NCBI GenBank assembly: GCA_023920165.1
Contig: CP089275.1
Coordinates: 2,046,001-2,110,000 of the forward strand
Length of the DNA stretch: 64,000 nt
Source: Curvularia clavata
Lineage: Eukaryota
Reading direction: 5' to 3'
A program made the translations under genes and the position numbers. Positions 10,847 to 23,987 of this stretch are shown one piece after another (the stretch's first letter is position 1; every line of letters begins with the position of its first letter). Under the pieces are notes generated by a model, which worked only from the letters and a program-made list of their open reading frames with translations, was not told the DNA's origin and ran no database searches.

Positions 10847-12546
10847 ATGGGGGACAATCTCGAAGTATGTGATCGAAGTGATGCTTACCCGCCCTTCTCG
10901 CCGCTAACTGGAAGCTGTAGGAGCGATTGAAGAGCCACGCGCGGGCTTTTGAAGGACTCATGTCCTTGATACCCGCAAAGGAATACTACGGCAAAGACGA
11001 GAGTATCACCAGCGTATGCACCAGTTCGTCTCTGCGGTCCCACTCCATGCTGACATGATGTCTGCAGACGCAATGGCAAAAGCGAGGAAAGAAGCAAACC
11101 CTTGAAGAACGACAAGCTGCCAAGCGTGCCAAACTAGATCCTGCCTCCCACAAAAGCGCCAAAGACGTCATGGATGAAAATGCGCTGAAGCGGAAACGTG
11201 AGCTGGAGGGTGAGGCCGAGGCCGAGATTTCCGAGCCTGAATCGTCTGATCTCGACATGGACATCACAAAGGAGAAGCCCCTAGAGGGACTCAAGAGCAA
11301 AGCAAAGAAGCAGAAGACCCAGCCTGTCGAGCCGGAGGCTGCCGAAGATGAAGAGATTGGCGAGACAAGAGCTTTGTCAAAATCTGAAGCTAAAGCTGCT
11401 GCCAAGGCAGAGAAGCGGAGAGAGAAGCGAAAGGAGAAGCAGGAGAGGAACAAGCAAAAGCTGGAAGCCAAGAAGAACAAGAAGACAGCCTTCCAAGACC
11501 TTGCCGCCGCTGAAGAACCAAAGGAGAACAAGGAGGACGACGACACCGAAGAAGAGGACGACGATGCAGCTGCTGACGACATGGAGCATGCAGATGACGA
11601 TGTTGAAGCACTGGATGTCAGCGGTCTCGTCGAAGAGGGTCAGTCTACAGCTCCCTCCACTGCTGCCAACTCAAACTCCTCCACAGCTTCTGTCGCCTCG
11701 GCAGGCTCATCAGCCTCGTCGGTACCCCCATCTACCCAGGAAGCGTCACAGAAGAAAACCAAGAAGCCCTACACAATTGACCCACAAAGCCATGAGAACT
11801 TCCGAGCACGGTTGAATGCAAAGTTAGAGGCCATGCGTGCGGCGCGGAAAGCCGACGGCCCTGACGGACGGCCGGCCCGGAATCGAGCTGAGCTAATCGA
11901 AGCCCGACGGAAGAAGGAGGCTGAGCGAAAGGCTGCTAAGAAGGCCCTTCGTCAGGAAGCAAAAGAGGATGAGGCTCGCCGACAAGCCGAGGAGCAATTA
12001 GCGCGCATAAGAGGCGGTTCGGGTTCACCTTCCATCTTCCCAGCCAGGTCACCAGAGGCTGAACGCAATTTCAATTTTGGCAATGTCGCTTGGGATGGAC
12101 AACACTTGGATTCAAATCTCTCTGGATTCCTGCAGTCAAGAAAGAAGAAGGGAAAATCGGATGCCAAGACAGCACTTGAAGCCGCACAGAAGAAGCAAGC
12201 TCGCATCAATGCTCTTGATGAAGATAAGCGTAAGGACATCCAGGAGAAGGAGCTTTGGCTCGCTGCAAAGAAGAGGGCGCAAGGTGAGAAGGTATTTGAC
12301 GATGTGGGCCTCCTCAAGAAGAGCCTCAAGCGTCAGCAAAAACAAAAGGACAAGAGCACTCAGGAGTGGAAGGAGAGAATCACCAACGTTGAGCAAAGTA
12401 AGGCAGCGAAGCAGAAGAAGCGCGAGGAGAATCTCAAGAAGCGCAAGGAAGAAAAGGGACAGAAGAAGGGTGGCAAGAAGAAGGTCAAGAAGCCTGGCAA
12501 GAAGGTCAAGCGGCCAGGCTTTGAGGGTACTTTCAAGGCGAGATAA
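10847..12546 (+). CDS. RRP14: Ribosome biogenesis protein Rrp14 / Surfeit locus protein 6
   Basis: Exons 10847-10864, 10921-11013 and 11068-12546. N-terminal ERLKSHARAFEGLMSLIPAKEYY (RRP14 domain). Lys-rich SURF6 C-terminus ending KRPGFEGTFK. Confidence 0.92.
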
Positions 12547-12956
12547 GCACCCCATTGTACCAATAGCGATTATGGATGGAGGCGTCGGGGAAAAGCAAAA
12601 CAAAAGGGTGGCGATATGCGCACTGTTTGGGAGAGCATTTTGGCGTTTGATACCATATCATGGAGTATATCGTCTTGAATCTTACGGTGCTTTCTTTCTA
12701 CACGACATTCACTTTGCTGTCGGCGTGCAAGCTCTCAACCCAGAGACAGTTGAGATACAAAGCGACGTTCTACACAACCAACGACAGTCCTGTGCATTTG
12801 TCCCATGTTGAGGCCAGTGATGAGGTGCTTGCATACGGCAAGGGCGGTTCTTCTTAATGTACTGATGGCATTGACAAAAGAAACTCAACGCTTTGGTGTT
12901 AGATGGAACCGCTCCTATAGTATATACAACGATGTCACACAGTTTCAAACTTTCCC

Positions 12957-13771
<815 letters not shown>

Positions 13772-13883
13772 TGTGAGCGTGATAAGATCGCGGGGGGGGG
13801 CGAGCCGGGTGTTGCTGTCGAATGCGGAGGTTGTTCGCCAAGGTCGAAACTTGAGGTTGGTCGCTTGTAACGCCGAAGCTGCG

Positions 13884-13888
13884 ATTGG
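13884..13888 (-). promoter_or_regulatory. CCAAT box in the TYKY/ACP divergent promoter
   Basis: ATTGG on + strand between two respiratory genes. The Hap/CBC complex is an established regulator of such genes, but the motif is short. Confidence 0.35.
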
Positions 13889-14177
13889 CCAAGAACAACA
13901 ATGACGGCAACGCGGGTTGGGAGGCAACTCTGAGTTTAGAGATTTGCAACACAAAGTCCTGAAGGCTTTTTGTCTGTGGCTGCCTCTGTTTGAACAAATC
14001 GACACTATTGTTGTTTGTTGTTGGGAGGTGCGTTGATTTGCTCGTGCCAAACACTGCTTGACGGCTGACTAACGTAATGTAACTTTAGTCTGAAGTTCTA
14101 AACTGCAGTCGAGCATCACCATCACCACCTCCACCGACCTCGCTATCTCGCCAACGGTACTTCCCAAATCGCTCAGC

Positions 14178-14858
14178 ATGTTCCGAACAGTACTCCTCAG
14201 GTCCGCAAGGTCGGCTGTCCGCGCCGCACCACGATGCCAGGCCGCAATGGCTCGTCCGGCTGCGCGAGCCTCTTTCGTCCAGCCAAAGCAAATCACCCCC
14301 TCCGTATACTTCCAGGCCGTACGATGCTACGCCGCGAGCGCTGGTCTGTCAAGGGATGAGGTTACCGGCAGGATAATGGATCTCCTGAAGAACTTCGACA
14401 AGGTAATGGTTATGCGCTCGAATTTTTGGGCCGTCACTAACGTAGTCGCAGGTCACCGACGCCTCCAAGGTAGTTACCGACATGACATAGCCATTTTGTG
14501 AGGCGGTTGCTGATTTTGCATAGCTCAATGCCGAGTCCCACTTCCACAACGACCTCGGTCTTGACAGCCTGGATACCGTAGAAGTGGTCATGGCAATTGA
14601 GGAGGTTAGTTGCGATGCGTGCTGCGTGCGAAAGAGCAAGCTGACAATGCTGCAGGAATTCAGCATTGAGATTCCCGACAAGGAGGCCGATGCTATTCAC
14701 AGCGGTGGGTCTCGCAATAGACAAATGAAGACTTGGACATGTACTGATGATATCACAGTCAAGCAAGCAGTCGAGTACATCCTCGCCCAGCCCGATGGTA
14801 AGTTGCAAACTGGTACACATCCCACAGAATTCATGCTAACTTTAGGGCAGCGCACTAG
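14178..14858 (+). CDS. ACP1: Mitochondrial acyl carrier protein (also a complex I subunit)
   Basis: Six exons: 14178-14402, 14452-14469, 14524-14604, 14656-14704, 14759-14797, 14851-14858. Mitochondrial presequence. Phosphopantetheine motif [11 protein letters not shown]. Ends QPDAH*. Confidence 0.96.
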
Positions 14859-15368
14859 AGAATATCCAAGAGTTGGGTACTGAATCGGGGAAGATGGGCG
14901 TGGACTTGGGTCGTCGGTGCTACCGGCATTGTTATATATATGCCTCGTTGTAAAACAGTCGCCGGGGTCGGCAAAGTGTACTTCTGATAGAATTGACGCT
15001 ATCCACCTCTCAATGTTCTGACTGCTTAACTGTTGTGTTGTTGCCCGCGGATTGATCCTGACTTATGGAGGCGTGCGTAACTATTCTTGGCGCAACCGAG
15101 ACCCAAGGACCCTGTCCGCTGATTACTGTGACACGAGAATCAACCCCAACTTGCGACTTCACAGGCGCCCTGCGATACATCCCTGTTGACTGTTGCATCG
15201 CAGTGGCCGACTCCTTTGGCACCGCCTGTCCTCTCACAGCGAAAAGTCCCACAAAATCCGATACCGCGCATGCGCTGCCCAAGCGTCCTCATCCCTGCGT
15301 CCGTCGAGGAGCCTCACCCGTAATTTCCAACAAGACACCCACCCCACTAGACGCAGCACCACACCCCG

Positions 15369-16614
15369 ATGGCTTCCAGCTCTGGTCTGACACGGCGGAG
15401 AGGAGGCGGCGGTGGCGCCACCGGCAACGGCGAGGACGAGAGCAGCCGGGTCAGTTCGCCAGCACCGAAGCGCAACGACGATCGCACCCCCGAAACGTCG
15501 TACGAGAGCTCTGAGAACGGGCACAAGATTGCATTTGACCCGCGCGACATTAGCGAGAATGTGGAAAGAAGCAAGCAGCCCAAGCTGACGCTAATGGAGG
15601 AGATTATCCTCATGGGCCTGAAAGACAAGCAGGTGTGTGTTGGTGGTGGCAGGCGGAGGACTGGCAAAGGGGGAAAGAACCAAGGCTGATACACGACAAT
15701 AGGGATACCTCTCCTTTTGGAACGACAACATCTCGTATGCGCTGCGAGGATGCATCGTCATAGAATTGGCCTTCCGAGGCCGCGTGAGCATGCAAAAGGA
15801 CTCGTCGCGGCGAAGGTTCCCCTTGGCGGACCGGGTCATTGAGGTTATTGATGACACGTTGACCGGAGAAGTGCTGTTGGACGAAGCCCTCAAGATGATG
15901 AAATCGAGTGAGAAGATGAGTGTCAACTCATGGATTGATCTTATGAGCGGTATGTTGGCGAACCGCCGGCTAGTCAATGACTGCAATTCTACATACTGAC
16001 TCTGGCGCATAGGCGAGACATGGAACTTGATGAAGATTGGCTACCAATTGAAACAAGTGCGCGAACGACTGTGTAAAGGTCTCGTCGACAAGGGTATCCT
16101 GCGCACCGAAAAGAAGAACTTCCTCCTGTTCGACATGGCGACACATCCCGTTGCCGATGGCGGCGCGAAAGAGGAGATTCGACGCCGAGTCCGAAACGTC
16201 CTTACCAACCGCACCGTTGTCCTGCCAGGCAGCCAGTTCCTTCCCGAGGAGCTGGAGTTTAGGGTTCTACGAACAATCACCATGGTGTGTGCTGCTTATG
16301 CTGCCAATGTACTGGAGAATGCCTTGACGACGCTGGGTCACGAGGCGCGAGAGCGAGCTTTTGCCCAAGTGGACGAACTCCTAGCAGAGTACTCGCAGTG
16401 GCCATTTGCAAAGCGGCAGGGCGGGTCACAGGGTATTGGCGCCAACCTGGGTCAGCTTGTAACTGACGAAGTCAATGGCTCCAAGGACAAGGAGCTTCAG
16501 CTCGAGGTAAGTTTGTGTAGTTTCCGCACAATGCTAGTGCCCGGGCTAATTACAATGCTACAGGTGGTTGCTGCGTGCTTGAGTGTGTTTACCAGGCTGG
16601 ACTCACTGCTCTAA
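15369..16614 (+). CDS. VPS74: Golgi phosphoprotein 3 (GPP34) family protein Vps74
   Basis: N-terminal GLTRRR. Motifs [32 protein letters not shown] and [10 protein letters not shown]. Introns 15633-15702, 15950-16012 and 16507-16563. Confidence 0.96.
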
Positions 16615-17484
16615 GCGGACATGACACGTTACATGGAGAGCAATGAGACGTGGGGTTGGACGCACGCGCCGCTAGTAGAGCAGGAGGAAATGTACTACTT
16701 GGACGCAGCACTGTGAGTGTGGGCCGGTACTGGGAAAGTATAGTAGGGTCTTGTCTATGCTTAGCGTTGATTGTAGCTGAGCGGTCGGGAGGTAGTGGCA
16801 GCGGACGTGTCGGCTGCTTGGACATTCAGCCCTACTTGGGCCTCGTCTTTGACCTTTTTTTACTTCTTTTTGGCGATTCCTTAGACAAAAATACAATATT
16901 TATTCTACATTGTTCAAGATGAATGGCACACGGGGCCAGGCAGGCCTGCCAGTTTATGCGCTAGGATGTGCACTTGGAACCATTGTCCCCACCATGGCGC
17001 AGGGCACGTGACGAGAGGGGGCGTAGGGATGCGAGCAGGTTGAGCAAAGACGAAGAGCGGGGGGACTTGACTCGCTGCCAGGAACGGAGGAGAGGGCACA
17101 CGCTCAACCACGGGCAAGACAGGCGGTGGCTGTATTTGCGGGCTTCTGGGCAGCCTCAGCGTGAGCGTCCAGTTGGGACCGGCTGGGGGCTGGCTTGGGG
17201 GGGTCTCGGCGCGTGGGAGCGGCAGGCAACGCAAACCCATCAGCGCCTCTGGCCTTGCCAACCCAACCCATCATCCCGAGCTTATCCACGCCTGCGCCCG
17301 CTCTCCGTCGCCCACTCCTAAACGCAGCGCAGCGCAGTGTTAGTCGGCCCTGTGAAAGCCCTGCCGGCCGGGCTGCTGCGCGCGACACTACCCGATCGGC
17401 ACGTCTTGCCCTTGACAGCCAAACACAGGCACAGCTAGCCGTGTGCCCTGTGACGACGCGCAGATTGATTGCATGCTTGTAGAG

Positions 17485-17722
17485 GTAAGTATCCTGTGGT
17501 TTTTGCCTCTCTGATCCCCCCGCCTGTGTTTGCGTCGCGTCCAAGTCGTTTCTGGTCGTGTTGGTGCCGGCCTGGCCATGTTGCTTGTGTTGCCCGCCCG
17601 CCCCCTTCTTGGGCCAAGTCGCGACGCTCTGCAACAACCACCGACCCACCCAAACGCCCAAACGTCGACACTTCCATCCATCCCTCCTGCCCACGTCTAT
17701 GCCGCGCCTCTAACCAGCGCAG
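17485..17722 (+). other. Probable 5'-UTR intron of SNF5
   Basis: GTAAGT donor at 17485, CTAAC branch near 17710, CAG acceptor at 17717 or 17722, all upstream of ATG 17769. Confidence 0.55.
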
Positions 17723-17768
17723 CTTCACGCACGTCGCCCCGGCTGCGCCCTCTCGAATTCCCCACGCC

Positions 17769-20317
17769 ATGCTCTCTCCGCCCGCCCTCGACTCCCAGAC
17801 GCTCGACTCGTCCTCCTCCCAGCAACAGCAGCAAACGCAACCCCAACAGCAACACGGCGCGTCCACTAACGGCACCGCTGGCGACGGCGCGGTTCAGCCT
17901 CCCAACGCTCCCCCGCCCAGCATCAATGGAGCAGACAGCGCGTCCGCCCAAAACAACGCGATCCGGGACGGAAAACAAAAGGCCAAGGCCGTCATGGCCG
18001 CCTCTGGCCTCAACCTGACATCCGCCCAGGGAGACATGGCATCACCAGCCCAGGCAGAGGCCATCAATGGCGCGTCGCCCAGTCGAAAGCGGTCGCGTTC
18101 CGGCACCCGCAAATCCTCGCGCACACCTTCTCAGGACCACGGCGCGCAACCCACCGCCTCGCAGAAGCAGCTGCTCAATCGCTACATTGCGCGCGACCTG
18201 CTGGATAGCGTCAACAAGTACGAACGCAACAAGCACTCGGAGAAGACCTACGGCCAACTCAATGACCTGCGCCACTTCTACCGCGACGAAGTGTATCCCG
18301 TGCGCCGCCAGAATCCCGGCGCAATCTTTGGCTATGGCTACGCTGGCTACGGCAACGGCATCACTGACATTCCGCCGGACCCCAGAGACCCTCGCGCTCT
18401 CCCACAAACCAAGCTGCTATACCCCGAACACGCCAAACGCGCTGGCCGTCGACTCGCACCGCAATTGAAAATTCCCAGAGACAAGAGTATGCAACAGGCG
18501 GAGCAGATTGAAGAGCTTGTACCGGTGCGTCTGGACATTGAGCTGGATCGATTAAAGCTGCGCGACACTTTTACCTGGAACATGCACGATCGAGTGACAA
18601 ATCCCCTCCTGTTCGCCCAAACGCTTGTCGAAGACTTCCAGATACCACCAGAGCTGCGCCAGAATGTGATGCAACAGATTGACCGAGAGATCCACGAGCA
18701 GGTCCAGGACTATTACCCGCATGCCTTTTTCGATGACGAGCCGCTGGATCCCCACCTACCCTACTCCGCCTACAAGAACGACGAGATGCGGATATTGATT
18801 AAGTTGAACATTACCATTGGCCAACATACCCTTGTGGATCAATTCGAATGGGAAATCAACAATCCGCTCAATGCGCCCGAGGAATTTGCACGCCAGATGG
18901 CCGCCGACCTATCCTTGTCCGGAGAATTCACCACCGCCATCGCCCATTCCATAAGAGAGCAGTGCCAAATGTTCACAAAGAGTTTGTACATTACAGGACA
19001 TCCATTCGACGGGCGGCCTGTAGAAGATACTGACATTCAGGACAATTTCTTGGCCTCTCCGCTGCCCTCCGTCTTCCGTCCAATGCAGTCTACTAAGGAC
19101 TACCAACCCTACCTGTACGAGCTAAGCCACGCCGATCTCGAACGCGCCGAACTCTCCATCATGCGCGAGCAGCGACGCCAGAAACGATCGGTAAATCGCC
19201 GTGGTGGCCCGGCCCTACCAGACCTCAAAGATCGACAACGGACGGTACGCACACTGGTTGTTTCGTCAGTCTTGCCAGGGGCTGCCGAGACTATCGAGGA
19301 CAGTCAACTTTTCAAGGCGACGCGAAAGGCCAGGGAAGGTCGTCGTCGTGCTGAGGGCAGTTCGGACGAGTCTGATAGTGATGAGTCTATCATTGAATCA
19401 CCTGCTCCAGCACAGATGACTGGGGGTACTGCTCGAACCCGCGGTATGCGTGGAGCAGCTACTGCGGCCCAGGCTGCCATGCGATCAGCCATTGGACGGT
19501 CAGCAACGCCCGAGGTGTCTACTCTCCAAACCCACCACGAGCCGCGAGCGTCCAGCAGATCACTACGATACGAGGCGCGGGAAGAGAGTGTTTCGGAACC
19601 CACTTCGCTGATTGTCAAGCTTCGGATATCATCAGCCAAGCTCAAAGAGTGGCAAGCAAATCCAAAAGCTTTCGCAAAGCCCGCTTCCACTCCAATGATG
19701 GCACCATCGTCAACTCCGGCAAGAAATACACCTACCGCGAACTCGATGCCTCCACCCCCATCACCAGCTTTGCCTTCTCGTTCTACCCCGGCAGCGGCTG
19801 CATCTGTTGAAGCATCGCCCCGCCCATCCACCACTCCAACACCGACCGCTTCAACCGAGCAACGACAATACAGACCAGATGGTTCAATGGAAGCACCTTG
19901 GCCAGCGCCTCCCTCTTCACAACATGTAAGCCAGCTCCCATAATGATGCAGTGAGTGTTCTGACAGTCAAAGCCTCCTCCCCCTCAATGGCTCCAACAGG
20001 GACTACAAGATCTTCGCGATCGAAACCCTGGCGAACTTTTTGAATCTACCATGCGCTACGCTGTCATGAATGAGGCGGCCGAAGACCCAAAGACGGGCGC
20101 TGTTGCTCCCAAACAGGTCCGAATCGACACGTTAACTCCGAATGCACCCCTGCCGGCGAACCACAAAGCATATTTCTTACCCCGAATTCGATGCATGGAT
20201 TGCCCTGGCAAGCTATATAACGCCGGCCCGGAACAGACAGTCAACAACTTCGAACTCCACCTGAAGAATCGGGGGCACATGGAGAACGTGCGAAAACGGA
20301 CTGGACAGCCAGCGTAG
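17769..20317 (+). CDS. SNF5: SWI/SNF chromatin-remodelling subunit Snf5
   Basis: Snf5 repeats ELVPVRLDIELDRLKLRDTFTWN and LVDQFEWEINNPLNAPEEFARQMAADLSLSGEFTTAIAHSIREQ. Intron 19926-19972. C-terminal CxxC...H...H zinc-finger-like tail. Confidence 0.94.
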
Positions 20318-20936
20318 GGGTAGATAATAACCGCACTGTTCGCATGCAACCATGCGATTTTAGGATATTGTTGAGAGCAATGTTTGGCCTAGGAAAATTC
20401 ACTTGTTGGTCCATGGACAATCGCATTTTTAGGATACACATTCCTATGTACAAAACAACAGCTCCAGCTGGGAGCACGTGGAGTTGCGCATCAAGACAAC
20501 GTGCTGGTGCTTCGGCGTTCTTATTTGCTGGCTAAAGGCTTGGAAATTCAATCCCCCCACGATTGAACCATCGTCTTTTACGGGGGACATCACTGCAGAA
20601 TTTGGTCTTTTCTCCGACACTATTTTACGTACCTTCCTACTTGATTAGTTCCGGGTGTGATTCTTGTAGTAGAGCGTTGGGCCAGGTTGATCATCTTGGA
20701 CGTAGTGATAGAGTTAGATGAAATCACACATGTACTTGCATATAGTCAGCCTCCCGGCGATCTTTGGTTAAATACGATATAAGGTAGACACATACCCTTG
20801 GGGATCCATCTGATATTCAGTATCGGCAGTCATTCTTTGCTGTTATTTTTCGCAGACTCGGTATGTGGTTGGTTGTCGTCTAGCTGCACCGTCACAGGCT
20901 CGGTTCCAGATATAGCAAGGTTCGTGGAACGTCACG

Positions 20937-21821
20937 ATGCTCGGGTCAACCATCTTCGTCACCACGCTCCTCTTTCTCATGATGAAAGTTCAAAGCACCA
21001 CGCTTCCCATCAAAATACTCACTCACAATATTCGCTATGCCGCCAATCCTCCCGCTACAGGTGAAAAGCCGTGGTCCATTCGCCGGCAGCTCATCCTCAA
21101 CGAACTCCACTACCACAGCCTTCACAACGCTGAATCCTTCATCTGTCTACAAGAAGTCCTCAACAACCAACTCACAGACATCATGAATGGCCTCGGCAGC
21201 GAATGGTCCTACATCGGTGTGGGCCGCGACGACGGCAAAACAAAAGGCGAATACAGTCCCGTCATCTACCGCCCCGCCGCCTGGAACCTCCTCACATGGC
21301 AGACCGTCTGGCTGAATGAAGACGGGGCGGTAGGCAAAAAAGGATGGGATGCGGGATCCGTCCGTATCGTCACCATTGGTACCTTCAAGCATGTGCAGAG
21401 TAAAAAGACGATTGTGGCCATGAGCACGCATTTCGACAACGCGGGAACGGTGAGTCGTCGTGAGTCGGCGAAGATTGTACAGAGAGTTACGGCGAATGTC
21501 ACGAATGATGGGGCTTTGCCTTTCTTTCTAGCTGGCGATTTGAATTCCGAGACGAGTGGTGAGGCGTATCAGATCCTAAACAATGCCAGTTCGATTATGC
21601 AAGATACAAAGGAGCAGGCGAAATGGATGTATGGGGATCAGAGTACGTTTACGGATTTTGATGATCAGGGTAAGGCGGTGATTGATTTTGTCTTCACGGG
21701 CCCGAGGGGAAAGGGGGATTGGGTGGTGCAGGGCGCGAGTGTGCTGCCGAATCGGTTTGAGGATGGCGTGTATAATAGTGATCATAGGGCAGTGGTGGTG
21801 GATGGGGAGTTGGTGGTGTGA
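20937..21821 (+). CDS. Endonuclease/exonuclease/phosphatase (EEP) family protein, probably secreted
   Basis: Intronless 294-aa ORF with a hydrophobic N-terminus. EEP motifs THNIRY, CLQEV, GVGRDDG, THFD, GDLNS, IDFVF and SDHRAV. Confidence 0.9.
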   Translation: MLGSTIFVTTLLFLMMKVQSTTLPIKILTHNIRYAANPPATGEKPWSIRRQLILNELHYHSLHNAESFICLQEVLNNQLTDIMNGLGSEWSYIGVGRDDGKTKGEYSPVIYRPAAWNLLTWQTVWLNEDGAVGKKGWDAGSVRIVTIGTFKHVQSKKTIVAMSTHFDNAGTVSRRESAKIVQRVTANVTNDGALPFFLAGDLNSETSGEAYQILNNASSIMQDTKEQAKWMYGDQSTFTDFDDQGKAVIDFVFTGPRGKGDWVVQGASVLPNRFEDGVYNSDHRAVVVDGELVV

Positions 21822-22391
21822 AGGGGCTGGATGCAACAAGTTTGGATGTTGGGGCTTGAGGAGAAGTGTTCTGAGCAGATGGTGCGTTGTTATAGCTGTA
21901 ATACATAATCTTGGGCTGTTTTTTTTAAAGATAACATTGAAATGCTGATCGTCAGACGCGAGCCAGAGACAAAGGTACTTTGTCCTGCACTATTGAACTC
22001 GACCGAGGGCCAGAGCAAATGATGCATTTGTGTTACATAGTGGCGTCCCACTAAGGCCCACAACGATTGAGAAGGCTGCAAAGACTCCGTGCTGCCAACG
22101 GTTCTGCCCTCTGCTTACTTGGAACCAGGTAGAGCACTGAGCGAACCAATTCCCTGTGTGGCATATCTTCCGAGCATGTCACCAGCCCAACTTCCGCATG
22201 TGGAGTGATGCATCCACGGATTAGGGTGCAGCGAGTGACGTTGTCAGGCGATCGTCGTCATTGGGCTGTGGCTAAGCGAAAGCTCGAAAGCACCCCACTG
22301 AGGGGCTGGCTCTAAACACAGGAACAACCTCGACGCACCTCTCCAATTCTAGTTCCTGGACCATCTTTTGCATCTCTCAGCTATACTCAAG

Positions 22392-23987
22392 ATGGCCTCC
22401 GAATCAGCGCCCGTTGGTAAGCTCAGCACGCAGCTTCCCCTTGGTGCCGGCGTGTCACGAAGCTATGGACAAGGAAAATAGCTGCTTGAGGCGCCGGGCT
22501 TCGCTAAATAGTCGCAGAAGCTAACAACACATTGCAGACTATTCCCTGGCGAACCCAGATACCATCACCAAGTACAAGGTCGCTGGTGATATCTCTCAGA
22601 GAGTCCTCAAGGAGGTCTCAGGTACGTTGGGCCCGCGCTCCTCCGCTTCCTGCTCGTTTCTGGGCGCGAGAACTCGAATTGACTGATTTTCCAGGATGGA
22701 TTGCTCCCGATGCCAACATTGTCGAGCTCTGTGAGCGCGGCGACAAGCTTCTGGAGGAGGAGGTTAGCAAAGTCTACAAGGGCAAGAAGGTCCAGAAGGG
22801 CATTGGACACTGCACCACCATCTCGCCGAGCTCCTACATCACTCCTTACACCCCCCTCAAGTCCGATGCTGAGGAGGCTGCCACAACACTGAAGGAGGGC
22901 GAAGTTGTCAAGATTCAGCTAGGTGCTCAGATCGATGGCTTCTGTACCATTGTTTGCGACAATGTCATTGTCGGCAACAGCGGAGAAGTCACTGGACGCG
23001 AGGCTGATCTCATTCTGGCTACACACTATGCAAACGAGCTTCTTTTGAGGTTGATGGTGCCCCCAAGCCTGCTTCCTTACAGCGATGAGGAGGAGCAGAA
23101 GAAGGCCGCCACAAAGAAGCCCTACACACAGAGCCAGATGACTAGCATGCTGGAGAAGGTCGTCAAAGCTTACGACTGCAATCTCGTTGAGAGCACCACC
23201 ATCTGGCTCTTTGACCACAATGAAATTGAGTCCAAGAAGAAGATTATCCTTGCCCCTGGCGAGGGGGTTAGGGGCGACGGCCTGCCCGAGTCCGGTGAGG
23301 TTTGGGGTGTTGAGATGGGCGTCAGTCTGGGAAGCGGCAAGGTCAAGAACAACAGCAACCGAACTACTCTCCACCGCCGCACAGCTACCACTTACCAACT
23401 GAAGCGCCCGACTTCCCGCGCGCTTTTGTCCGAGGTTGTCAAGAAGTTTGGCACTTTCCCCTTCAGCTTGCGACAGCTCGAGGACGAGAAGGGTGCCAAG
23501 GTCGGTGTCGTCGAATGCGTCCGCACTGGTGTACTCCGCCAGTACGAAGTCGTTGTTGACAAGGACAACCAGCCTGTGGCTAGGTTGTTCTCTACTGTTT
23601 GTAAGTCTCTAATCTCCATAGGTCTGCTCTTCGATTGTGTATTATCAGACACTCCTTGATTGTGGCTATGTATCTTCTCACCTGGGTCATACCATGACTG
23701 GTTGAGCTAGAGTTGCGAGACGAAACGAACAGACGGCTAACTTTGAGACAGCAATTGGCAAGAACGGCATGCAGCGCCTGGCTCAGCCTACTCCTATTGA
23801 CGTGTCCAAGTACAAGTCTGACAAGAAGATTGAGGATGAGGAGATCCTCAAGATCCTGGAGCAGCCCATCGGAAAGACCGCCACAAAGAAGAAGAACAAC
23901 AAAAAGAAGAAGAAGCCTGCGAAGAAGGCTGCTGCTGGTGACGCCGCCGCTGCTGCCGAAGAGGAGGAGAGCGACGACGAGGAGTAA
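22392..23987 (+). CDS. cdb4: Curved DNA-binding protein Cdb4 / Ebp1 (PA2G4), inactive M24 peptidase fold
   Basis: Introns 22417-22537, 22622-22694 and 23601-23751. Motifs DYSLANPDTITKYK, VKIQLGAQIDGF and FGTFPFSLR. Lys-rich and acidic tail. Confidence 0.9.

Noticed and set aside
17469..17768. 100-aa N-terminal extension of Snf5
   Set aside because: Starts at TTG and coincides with a probable 5'-UTR intron.
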